A stretch of DNA of 62,285 bases, filler included. It is 11 parts of 11 records of this genome, joined end to end, with 100 filler letters (N's around TTAATTAATTAA, not from the genome) between each part and the next. Parts side by side here need not be neighbours in the genome. Positions count along the whole stretch, not along the records: positions 43,038 to 46,358 come from SRR15195285_5966; positions 46,459 to 55,701 come from SRR15195285_5972; positions 55,802 to 58,973 come from SRR15195285_5973; positions 59,074 to 62,285 come from SRR15195285_5974; 7 more parts are not named here. One strand, 5' to 3'. How positions within the stretch are numbered: the stretch's first letter is position 1; each line of letters starts with the position of its first letter. The position numbers and the translations under genes are program-made. Of the stretch, positions 45,045 through 59,356 are shown piece by piece. A model generated the notes under the pieces. The model made no database searches, was not told the DNA's origin, and saw only the letters and a list, made by a program, of their open reading frames with translations.

Positions 45045-46190
45045 TCAAAGAGTCGCGGGCGCGGTCTGCGTTCCAGTTGCCGTCGAGGTGGCGGCCACGA
45101 TCTTGGCCGCCATGTAGTCCAAGGCAGCCGGACTGGACGACGTCAGGTCCGGGTTGCCGATGAAACCGTGGTTCATTCCGTCGTATTGCTGGTACTCCAC
45201 CGGCACGCCGGCAGAGCGCAGCGAGCCTGCATACTTCTCGCTATCACTACGCAGAGGGTCGCACTCTGCCACCACGAATATCGCCGGCGGGAGTTGCGCG
45301 AAACTTGAAGCACGGGTGGGGCAAGCATATCTGCGGCTTCGCAACAGCCAAGTCAGATCAGAATGTCACCGCAGCTGGAAGCCGCTGCGGCGGCTGAGCC
45401 GGCTGTGCCACGTGCAACAGCAGAGCACGTAGGAGCAGCAAGAACAGCAAGAACAGCACAGAGCAAGCTGCGTTCAGAGCGGTCGCAGCGCTGCTACGCA
45501 CGGGTTGTTATCGTGTTCACCGCCCACGGGACCAAGATACATCTCCCAGAACCACTCCATGCTCCTCGTGGAGAGACCGAAGCCCTCCGCGAACGCCGTG
45601 TACGAAGCCGTCGTAAAATCGCGGTCGTTGCACGGATAGATCAGCAGCTGGTAGCGCAGAGGGGGAATCACCGACGGCCCCTCGTCTCGGGCCTTGAGCG
45701 CCACGGCCGAGGCGAGATTCCCTCCCGCGCTGTCGCCACCCACCCCGATCTTGCGTGCGTCGATTTGGAGGGACGTGGCGTTTGCAACCACCCACTGCAA
45801 TGTCGCATAGCAGTCGTCGAATGGCGCTGGGAACGGGTGCTCCGGAGCTTTCTGGTAGTTCACAGCGATGATGACGGCGCCGCTCTTGTTGGCCAGTCGG
45901 TGCAGTGCCGCTGTGTACATGTCGATATTGTTGAACACAAACCCGCCACCGTGGTAAAACACCAGCGCCGGCAGCGCCACCGCCGCCGCTGGCCGGAAGA
46001 TTCGCACGTGCAGATCGCTGGTCGGGCCTGGTATGTATTTATCGACCACGCTGTGACCGATTGGCTCAGGCACGCAAGGCGGCGGCCCCTTGATCGCGCG
46101 GCTGTCCCGCACCGGCACATCCCAGTACGCGGGAAGCTGCAGCGCCGCCGCCGCCTCGAGCGCCGCCTGGATCTCCGGCGCCAGCGGCAT
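45045..46190 (-). CDS. Alpha/beta hydrolase (HSL / Abhydrolase_3 family esterase-lipase), 2 exons
   Basis: FYHGGGF oxyanion motif, GDSAGG nucleophile, ECDPLR (Asp) and GMNHGF (His). Intron 45501-45331 (GTGCGT..GCAG) joins NNP|YACP. Confidence 0.93.
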
Positions 46191-46458
46191 ATGGGTGCCG
46201 CCAGATCAGGCTGCCTGGGCCCCCTTGCCTGCTGTCGACCTGTGCTTCTTGCTGGTTGGTGGTTGGTGGCCGTGCTGGCTGGTGCGCAGTGCGGTGTGAA
46301 GCCGCCTTATTGGACACTCGTGCGCGCCCGGTGCGTCGATCAGTCCTCAAACTGAATCNNNNNNNNNNNNNNNNNNNNNNNNNNNNNNNNNNNNNNNNNN
46401 NNTTAATTAATTAANNNNNNNNNNNNNNNNNNNNNNNNNNNNNNNNNNNNNNNNNNNN

Positions 46459-49529
<3,071 letters not shown>

Positions 49530-49800
49530 GGCGTCTGCCGTCTGTTTGCTTCGTTTGTCTGTGTTTCCAAGTGTCTGGCTGCACGACCCATCTAAGTGAG
49601 TGGGTGCGTGCGTTCTACAGGAACTCTCTGCATTCGAAGTAGCTGATTGCGGTGTGTAGCCCTAAGCGGGAGGCCTGAATGTCAAGCTTGACTCGTGTGA
49701 ACACTCATTTTAGTCGGCAACCCACCATATCCACCATTACCCCGGCGACTACGGGTGGGTGATGGAGCACTACGATAGACCTTCCGTGCGTTGGTGGTTC

Positions 49801-49840
49801 AACGAAATTCATCGATTCAAAACGAAATTCATCGATTCAA
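49801..49840. repeat. Perfect 20-bp tandem duplication
   Basis: AACGAAATTCATCGATTCAA x2, between the convergent kinesin and GNAT genes. Confidence 0.95.
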
Positions 49841-49868
49841 AATGATGTAGCCGGCTTGTCGACAACTG

Positions 49869-51739
49869 TCACAACTTCGAACTGGCTAGCGGTCTAATCA
49901 CTGCATTGGACAGCTCGTCGACATCAGCGCTCACTCGCTGACTCGCTGACTCGCGCTCAGTCAGACTCGAGACCATGTGCAGTCGCTCGTGGGTGATCTT
50001 GAAACGTGCCTGGCGTAAGCACGGAAGTGCAGGCGAATGATCTGCCTCGGAGTTGATCTGCAATTTGTCGTAACGGCTCTGCAAGGATACACGAAAACAG
50101 ACGCTTGCCACCGTGAACCAAACCACGAAACGCAGTGAAAAGATCAACTCCTGTAATCGCGCAGCTTGATTACCTGTAACTCCTGTAATAGCGCAGCCAT
50201 TCCTATAGGCGTGCCGCAGAGATCGAGCAGTGCAACCGCACCACTCGCGGCGCTCAGGACATCATTCGATGGGCGGTACAGTACATACGAATCGTACTGC
50301 GCTGAGTGTCCACTCCCCGGTTCGCATATCACTGCGAGGCCAAGCAACCCGTCCATTTCGGCCAACGATTCACGCTGCCTGTTCCATACTGGCATGCTGG
50401 TTTGGTGCAGCATGTCATATGCCTCGTTCAGAAGCGAAGCGGCCCCAGCCTCGGCAAGAACCAAGCGTTGTGCAACCTGTTTCAGTGGATCAGAGTTCCT
50501 TGAGCAGCGAGCAGTCGAAACACTATGGGATTCCAATACAAAAAGTGTTCAAAGTGAATTTTGAGTGCAGTAAGCATGTACGCGTGTAGGTGCCCAGGCA
50601 GCGGGTTTGTTCCACTCCATCGAGAAGCACTCATGCGCAACGATGAAACCACATGCTTCGTATGTCTTGATGGCTGGGAAGTTGTCCTTCATCACCAGAA
50701 CCACGAACATGCATCGAATATCAGTGACTGCAATACACTTTCGTTCCGAACTTTTGGTCAATTGATATTCTATATTGTACCTTCATGCAACCCAGCGTCA
50801 TGTGCCGCGTCGCGCCAGCCTTCCTTGCCAAACGCTTCATTTCCTCAGCCAGAGAGCGACCGATATGCGCGCCACGGAACTCCGCCAGTATCCCAAACCT
50901 GCTCGACCGAATCACTGACAGGTCAGACCCACAGCGTATGGAGGATACCGCACGATCTGCCGCGGTTCGTACCCTTTACACCACGCAGTGCCTGTATGGG
51001 GCCGCACGCCAACCGTAGCAAAACCTGCCGGCTTGCCACCCACGAGGGCGACAGGGCAGTCGCGCAGTCGCATCTGCTCTTCCCGCAGGTACCTGCAAAC
51101 AGACCAACAGCATGTGTTGAGACGCAGTTCATGTAGGAGATGCACACTGCCTATGATGGATGATTCCAAGACAGTACACAACACTAACCAGAACGGGCCA
51201 CGGTGGGCAACAGAACATGTGAGTGTGGAGTCGGCGTACTCTTCGAGGTTCTGCGCAGAGACGGTCACGGGAATCAGCTGCCCGCCGCTGTAGTACCTGC
51301 TCCGACCAAGAATCCTCCTCGATCAGGTGACGGCAAGCCAGTCCGATCGTGGAGCGGCTGGGCGATTGATTGACCGTCCAGCGATTCGATGTCGTGTGGA
51401 GCTGACAACAAGCGGCATTGAGGACGGATCAACTGGTGGGTGATCGATGTCCATGGCACTGTCTGTGGATCGCGCTGGCTGAACGTACTGAGCAAAGCTC
51501 CCTGTGGGTGACAGTGATGACACAGCAGAGTGGCGAACGCTGACTAACGAACAGAGCGGAGCTCCCTGTGGACCTGAGAATGATGGCTGTAGCGTGGCGA
51601 GCACTGACTGACTGTAGACGTACTGAGCAAAGCTCTCTGTGTAGAGCTGTGCCACCACCTCGAGATCACCACCAGACCACTCCTCGGCGCTCACAAACTC
51701 AGCAGCCACTGCAGGGGCAGGAGGCCCGCTAGCGCACAT
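49869..51739 (-). CDS. GNAT-family acetyltransferase (~342 aa, 7 exons), resembling bacterial tandem-GNAT proteins
   Basis: Exons 51739-51624, 51296-51240, 51092-50973, 50898-50781, 50686-50582, 50476-50174 and 50078-49869 total 1029 nt. The joined product reads AWCKGFGILAEFRGAHIGRSL (motif A)...MTLGCMKDNFPAIKTYEACGF (motif B). Confidence 0.75.
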
Positions 51740-52181
51740 CCCACCTGGGTGAAACCAACAGGTGGGGGTCCTGACTAGTAGCGAGTACTCAGCGGCTATC
51801 CCGGACCCCCCGGCGCCAGCGTGACGTATCCGAGTCGATGTCGTCGTCAGGCGGTGGCTCGAGCGCGCGCATCGCGTGTGGGTGGCGGGCGGCCGGGCCG
51901 CGGGCGCCTCGTCGCTAGGTGCATTTATCGGAAATTCGAATGAACGCTCTAGCTAGACTAGAATGTTTTATACTACAGCTGTATAATACCTGTACCAGCA
52001 TTAATGGTAAAAGCGTATGAAAAATAAGCGGATCAACTCAGCGCGCGTCGCCGCCAGCGCAGCACCTGGTCCGCGTAAACACGGCGTCGGCGTCACTGCA
52101 CGTACGTATCCTCTCTAGGCTACGACGCTACGTAGACACGTTCGAGAATCGCCCGGCGCGGTGGCGACCTGGATCACCTGG

Positions 52182-52903
52182 ATGGTGGCTTTGTCTCATC
52201 CTCACACGTCCTTGATGTTCGCGCTGCTGAAAGGGCTGCTCGCCACGCTCGCAGCGCTGCTCACCTACCGGGCGCTGTTGCATCGTCGAGCGCACCTGCC
52301 CCGCCGCCCGCCGAAGGGGGCCATGCCTGCAGGCAGCCCCGAGCAGTTCCCAGCAGAGCCAATTGCTGCCGTGCCGCCGCCCAGAGATCCCGCCACAAGC
52401 CAGCCGGATGACGGTGACGATTGGCACGGCCGTACGCCTGAGATCCGCCAGCGCCGACGCGATGCAGCGGCGGTGGCCCGGCAGCTACACCACGTGCGAG
52501 CGATGCGCAGCAACTGAGGACCACAGGCCTCTGCCCGTCACCGCAGAACACCTGGTGTAGAACTGCACGCCAAGGCATGCCTGGCATAGACTGGCAAACC
52601 CGGCAACATTGTGACCGCCTCGTTGATGACTTGAATCGTGGTGATAATTATCACACCTTGCATCACAGGCGTGCGTTACGGTTGGGGCGGAAACCCGTGT
52701 TGCCCAACGGTCAATCGTCAAACCATCTCCTGCCCCCAAATGCCTGCCCGATGCAGACCTCGACGCTCCCGGCCATGCCCGTCTGGGCAAGCATTTCGGA
52801 AGGCAACTGCTCACGAAGGAAGGGGCCATTGTGCAACAACCGCAACTCAGGCAATCTGGCAAGCAGCACAAATGGGCGCAATGGTTTGGGTGCTTCTATC
52901 TGA
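52182..52903 (+). CDS. Possible small single-pass membrane protein (2 exons)
   Basis: Hydrophobic LMFALLKGLLATLAALLTY followed by a Pro-rich stretch. A GTGCGA..CCGCAG intron (~52494-52546) would join it in frame to the 52577-52903 ORF. No homology recognised. Confidence 0.35.
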
Positions 52904-53115
52904 GGCGATGTTGTCGGCATAGACCAGGCATGTCTATGATTATGTACAATCAATGAAATCGAGAGCTCAACACTCCAACTGCGTGTATCCCATCGCAGCG
53001 CACCAGAGTGGGAGACGCAGGGTTGCGGCAAAGGCTGAAGGTCACTGAAGGTCACTTTAGTACAAACCAAGGTCACTAGGTGCTTTAGTACAAACCACTG
53101 CCATTGCAATTTCCA

Positions 53116-54778
<1,663 letters not shown>

Positions 54779-55092
54779 GGCGCCCGCTCCACCCTCAAAA
54801 TCAGGGCGACCACCCACCCTCCCCAGTCAACTGTATGGAGCTTGGAGCCCAGCTCAACTTGCCGCACCGCACTGGCGGCCACCGCACCGGCGGCGCTTTC
54901 CGCGGGAAGGGGAACGCACGGGCGGCGTGACCAGGGCGTGCAATCGAGTGAAACTTTTCCGATGATCGTGCCTTTCGATTTTGTCTTTCGAGACAGCGAC
55001 CGCCGTGGATGCTGCATGGTGCATGCGCTCTCGCTCATCAGCATTCGCTTCGCTTTTGCACCACACAGGCTGGTGACAGTGACATCAGGCAG

Positions 55093-55350
55093 ACATCACG
55101 GACGGTGACATTCGTGGGCATTGGTATCTGGACCTACATGTAGAACCCGATGACGAGGGTGTCGAGACTCACTGGAAGGTCATGAAAAGCGACGGGAGAA
55201 TTGTTCAAGAAGAAAAAGAACATTGGTGTCGACTCAGACTGATTCGAGATGATCAAGTCCAGGCTGTGTACAAAAAGCCCATTCTATGCCCTTACGGGAG
55301 GACCCTACCTACCCCACGCCCACCACTAGTATTCCAAGCGTACTTCCGGT
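55093..55350 (+). CDS. Possible coding exon of an unidentified gene
   Basis: After a CAG acceptor, about 85 stop-free codons read ITDGDIRGHWYLDLHVEPDDEGVETHWKVMKSDGRIVQEEKEHWCRLRLIRD. No start exon was identified with confidence. Confidence 0.3.
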
Positions 55351-55801
55351 AGCACCCATCCGGGATTTCAAGCGTCCTAGCTTACCATACTTGCTAACGG
55401 TTGCAAGTACGGGTTTACCCTCTCGTCATATATTGTGTGTGTGTGTCTCTCTCTGTCTTTCTCTCCCTCTCTCTCTCTCTCGCTCATCATCATATCGACG
55501 TGTAGCTAGAACATTTAGCACCGGTGCCGGCACAAGAGTCTGAACCAAACATTGGTTTATTGAAAGCCACTTTTTGGGGTAAGACAGGACGACCCTTATG
55601 GTCTCAGAAATTCACAGATCCCGTCTCACTAACGTCTTGGGAGGGGTCTAAGTGGTACTAGAGAGGGTTTAAAAAGGGGGTGTCCCAGTCCCCCATATTC
55701 CNNNNNNNNNNNNNNNNNNNNNNNNNNNNNNNNNNNNNNNNNNNNTTAATTAATTAANNNNNNNNNNNNNNNNNNNNNNNNNNNNNNNNNNNNNNNNNNN
55801 N

Positions 55802-56205
55802 GGAGGCATCGCCGTTGGGACGGGGGTGGTACAGGCTGTACTAGCTGCATGTACGGCCGCGTCCTCAGTGGCGGGGCATGAGTACTACGCCGCGCTCCTG
55901 CACCTACAGCGGCGCCTCATCGCGTTGCAGGACCATATAGTCGAGAAGGGATTGCGTGTGGTGGTGCTGTTCGAGGGACGCGATTCTGCAGGGAAGGGTG
56001 GTGCGATCAAGCGGATTACGCAGCACTTGGATCCGCGGGTCAGTCAGAACTTTGTCCGGAAACTCGCAAATCATTTTGCCATGTCTGACTCTAGATTTGA
56101 GAGGAAATTGCGCAATGACAAAGTGCTTTCGGGGAACAGGTGTGCCGCGTGGTTGCGCTGCCTGCACCCACCGCCTATGAAGAATCACAATGGTTCTTCC
56201 ACCGC
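55802..56205 (+). pseudogene. ppk2: Polyphosphate kinase 2 (PPK2) N-terminal fragment with one spliceosomal intron; the C-terminal half is missing
   Basis: YYAALLHLQRRLIALQDHIVEKGLRVVVLFEGRDSAGKGGAIKRITQHLDPR | intron 56039-56139 | VCRVVALPAPTAYEESQWFFHR. I found no DRSWY (Walker B) or lid region before the convergent gene ends at 56632. Confidence 0.75.
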
Positions 56206-56488
56206 TTCCAACCGCCTTCGTGTTTTCGTTCCGCAAGTGTCATGTGGTTCGCCAAGTGCCTCTTGCAAGGGCAGAATCTCTTGGTAAGCTGCCTACGCCG
56301 CAACAAGCGCCTCCCTTGCTTTTGCCACAGCAGTAGATAGATGAGCGTGAAGTGTTGCTTTCGAACGTCCCGAGCGCATGGATGACGGTGGAAATGGCAC
56401 CAGCACTTGGCACGAGGGAGGGCCTTGCTTCATAGGAAACTAAATATTGAGGAGTGGGTCATTGCGTTCCCGTACTCGGGTGGGAGGG

Positions 56489-56580
56489 TCACGGGTCACG
56501 CAATGGTCGGGGGTTTATGGCTTTGTAGCTTTTAGCTACAAAGCCATAAACCCTCGCTTGGCCGTTACGTGACCGTGTGA
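56489..56580. repeat. Foldback element: a perfect 20-bp stem (56511-56530/56534-56553, TTT loop) inside imperfect outer arms
   Basis: GGGTTTATGGCTTTGTAGCT-TTT-AGCTACAAAGCCATAAACCC; outer arms GGTCACGCAATGGTC and GGCCGTTACGTGACC. Confidence 0.93.
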
Positions 56581-56631
56581 AAAGGCTGAGAGCGAAGGGA
56601 ATGTCACAAATGACTTGTATCACTACTTGAT

Positions 56632-58443
56632 TCACTGGGAACTACCAAATTGGACTTCGGAAAGATAAATCTGGAAGCGCGCCTGATTGTCTGGGTTCGT
56701 ATGGTCTTCGAGAACGACCTGCCACTTGGACGATGTAACTGCTGCGTTGAAAGTAGCAACCACGAACGGACCAGAAACCACGGGGCGATTCGGTCCGTCC
56801 GGTTTGTAAAGAACATCAGATCCCGGGATTCGAATCATCTGCTGTGATGCATCGTCCCAATAGTTGAGGTGCGCGGCCCCAAAACAGTACCAACTGTTTC
56901 CCGCAACGCGCCAGTGCGTGAACGTACGTGGCTCCCCGATGTCAACCGTAAAGAGCCAAGGCGCCTCGCGATAATTCGGTCCGTCCATGTCAAAGCTTGC
57001 GCCAAATAGTTCCGCGGAGGTGCCGGTTGTCTCCCCGTCAAAGGCATATTCCGGGTTACAGACGTCATACATGGAACAATCTGCAGCGTTGCCTGTGGGA
57101 GAATAGTCTCTAGCTGTCCAGCCAGTGCCGGCTCCCGAGTACCACTGCACGTGTGCCGGCGCCTGCGTCTCACAGTTGTGGCCATTCCAACCGTCTACGC
57201 ACAAACACTGGTACTCTGCCACAGGGCTCTGCATGCCGACAGACTCATCGCACAGTAACACGGCAGTCTGAATCGCTGCGATGAAATCATAGCCACCCTG
57301 TGCTTGCTGTAGTGCAGTGGCGCAGTCATGGTAGTACGGCACAAGCACCTCACTGCAGCCAGCGTTGCACGTTGTCGGTACCCCGCTGTTGCAGTCCTCC
57401 GCCATCTCGTGGCAGCACGCCGCATTCACCGCAGCCGATCGGTCAGCCAAATCTGTAGCCCCGCACACCACGGTGCCTCCGTAGCCATATCCTCCCCCGG
57501 CCCCCTGCATGCGCCGGTGGCCTGAGTCTGCCGACGTCTCTGTGCAAGTGCCGCCGTTCTGGCACGGGCTCACGTCACACGGTCCCGCTTCGCATGCGCC
57601 ACACGCAAGTGGGCACTCAGATCGTGCAGCGCGGTCCGCGGTTATCAGGTCGGCGCATAAACCGTGCTTGGCGGCTGCGTACGCCTCGCAGCCGTCGCCG
57701 TCCGCATCGAAGAAGCCGGCCGAGTCCTCGCAGACGCAGCGGACGGTGAGCCGGAATCTCGTGTGGCGGCTCGCGCCGTCGGACACGAGCAGAATCTGCA
57801 CGAAACCACTGGAAATGTCGATAGGGCCTGCCATCGGCAGGTTGCTGTCGAAGATGGCCCTCAGCTCATCGTTTCTGTCCTCATCGGAGTATAGCCGCAG
57901 GTTGTCGTTGCTCTTCTCATCCAGCGTGAGGGTCTCGAACTCCAGGCGGACGCTGCCGCGGGACGGACCCACGTCGATCGTCACGCGTGAGAGACCGTTG
58001 ACGATAGATGGGAACAGCGCAAACCCGTCGTCTAGCACCGCGCCGCACGTGTGGATCGTCTGGAGGCTCGGGTCGGAAATGTGGTACACGTCATCAACGC
58101 CGTCGGGGATGGCAGCGGCCGAAGCAACGGCCGTGTCCAGCGCTGCCTTGCGCCCGGCGAACCATACCGGGCTCCGCAAGAGAAGACTGTCGCAGCCTTC
58201 TGCCACGTGGCGCACCACTTCTGCACACCCGCGGGTGGTGACAGTGCTCGGTACCAGCGTGTCCGCCTCAGCGAACGCCTCGCCCGCCCGAGAGCAAGCA
58301 TCGCGCATCCACTGCAGGTTGGCGAGCAGCTCGCCCTCGCTGTCGCAACCCATCGCGGGAGCCTCCTGTGCTTTCGCAGCGTGTCCGTTGATGTGGAGGA
58401 GCAGCGCGACAGCGGTCACGGTGAGGGGCGAGGTCGCACCCAT
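56632..58443 (-). CDS. Secreted mosaic protein: signal peptide, helical Cys domain, CUB-like domain, ShK-like Cys motif, interrupted EGF, C-terminal beta-sandwich (F5/8-discoidin-like)
   Basis: Signal MGATSPLTVTAVALLLHINGHAAKA; CUB-like VRLEFETLTLD..NDNLRLY...VQILLVSDG...FRLTVRC; CEDSAGFFDADGDGC..ECPLACGAC; PCQNGGTC and YQCLCVDGWNGHNCE; AFDG...WLFTVDIG...LSEVQF. Confidence 0.75.
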   Translation of the reverse strand: MGATSPLTVTAVALLLHINGHAAKAQEAPAMGCDSEGELLANLQWMRDACSRAGEAFAEADTLVPSTVTTRGCAEVVRHVAEGCDSLLLRSPVWFAGRKAALDTAVASAAAIPDGVDDVYHISDPSLQTIHTCGAVLDDGFALFPSIVNGLSRVTIDVGPSRGSVRLEFETLTLDEKSNDNLRLYSDEDRNDELRAIFDSNLPMAGPIDISSGFVQILLVSDGASRHTRFRLTVRCVCEDSAGFFDADGDGCEAYAAAKHGLCADLITADRAARSECPLACGACEAGPCDVSPCQNGGTCTETSADSGHRRMQGAGGGYGYGGTVVCGATDLADRSAAVNAACCHEMAEDCNSGVPTTCNAGCSEVLVPYYHDCATALQQAQGGYDFIAAIQTAVLLCDESVGMQSPVAEYQCLCVDGWNGHNCETQAPAHVQWYSGAGTGWTARDYSPTGNAADCSMYDVCNPEYAFDGETTGTSAELFGASFDMDGPNYREAPWLFTVDIGEPRTFTHWRVAGNSWYCFGAAHLNYWDDASQQMIRIPGSDVLYKPDGPNRPVVSGPFVVATFNAAVTSSKWQVVLEDHTNPDNQARFQIYLSEVQFGSSQ

Positions 58444-59356
58444 CTTTTCTCGGACAGCAAATGGCACCAGCAGCGGGCCCACTCGCGGCCACGCACGGTC
58501 GCTCGCCAGTGAGTCCTCGGCTCCTCGATGAGGGGCGGCCAGCCAGTTCGCCTCTCTCGGGACCCCCCGCTCTAGGCGTGCTCCCTTCCTGTCCGACGCC
58601 CGTGGCCCAAGCAACGCGTTATAAACCGCAACCCGGCGTTTATAAGCGCTCGCTATGTGGCGCACCCCGCTCTCGAGACTGGTGAGGTGCCTGCTGGTGG
58701 TGGTACTAGTATAATAGCTGGTGAGGGAGACCAGACTCGAAGACACACGTTGGAAACGAAAAAGACCAAAAACTTGTGGGGCAATTTCCGACCACCGGCA
58801 AAACACTCCGCCCGAGCCGGCATACTATAATCTAATATCAATAGTACATGTTCAAATGTAAATCAAGCGCCGGGATGTATTGAAAACCAAGAGGCAAGGA
58901 ACACAGCGCTAAGGGGTTTAGTACCGAGTTAACGAGCTTCCCTATACGAATACGAATACGGTTTGTGCTTTACNNNNNNNNNNNNNNNNNNNNNNNNNNN
59001 NNNNNNNNNNNNNNNNNTTAATTAATTAANNNNNNNNNNNNNNNNNNNNNNNNNNNNNNNNNNNNNNNNNNNNGATTTAGTATGCGACTACTGCGGATTT
59101 AGCGACTACCCGACGGTGGCGACGGTGGCGACTGGCGATCTCATCGAAGAGTCGTAGCGATGGCGATGGCGATGGCGCTGCGGCTGCGGCTACTGCCGCA
59201 CGCTACGCTGAGCTGAGCTGCGAGCACCCACCGAGCGGTTGAAGCTGCGCGGGGCTGGCCCTGCAGGGTGGCTGGGTAGGTGGGGCTGCATGCTCGCCTG
59301 AGAAGTCTTCGGCTGCCGGTGGGTTCGGGCGGTTGCACTCACTGCACTGCCAGGCG

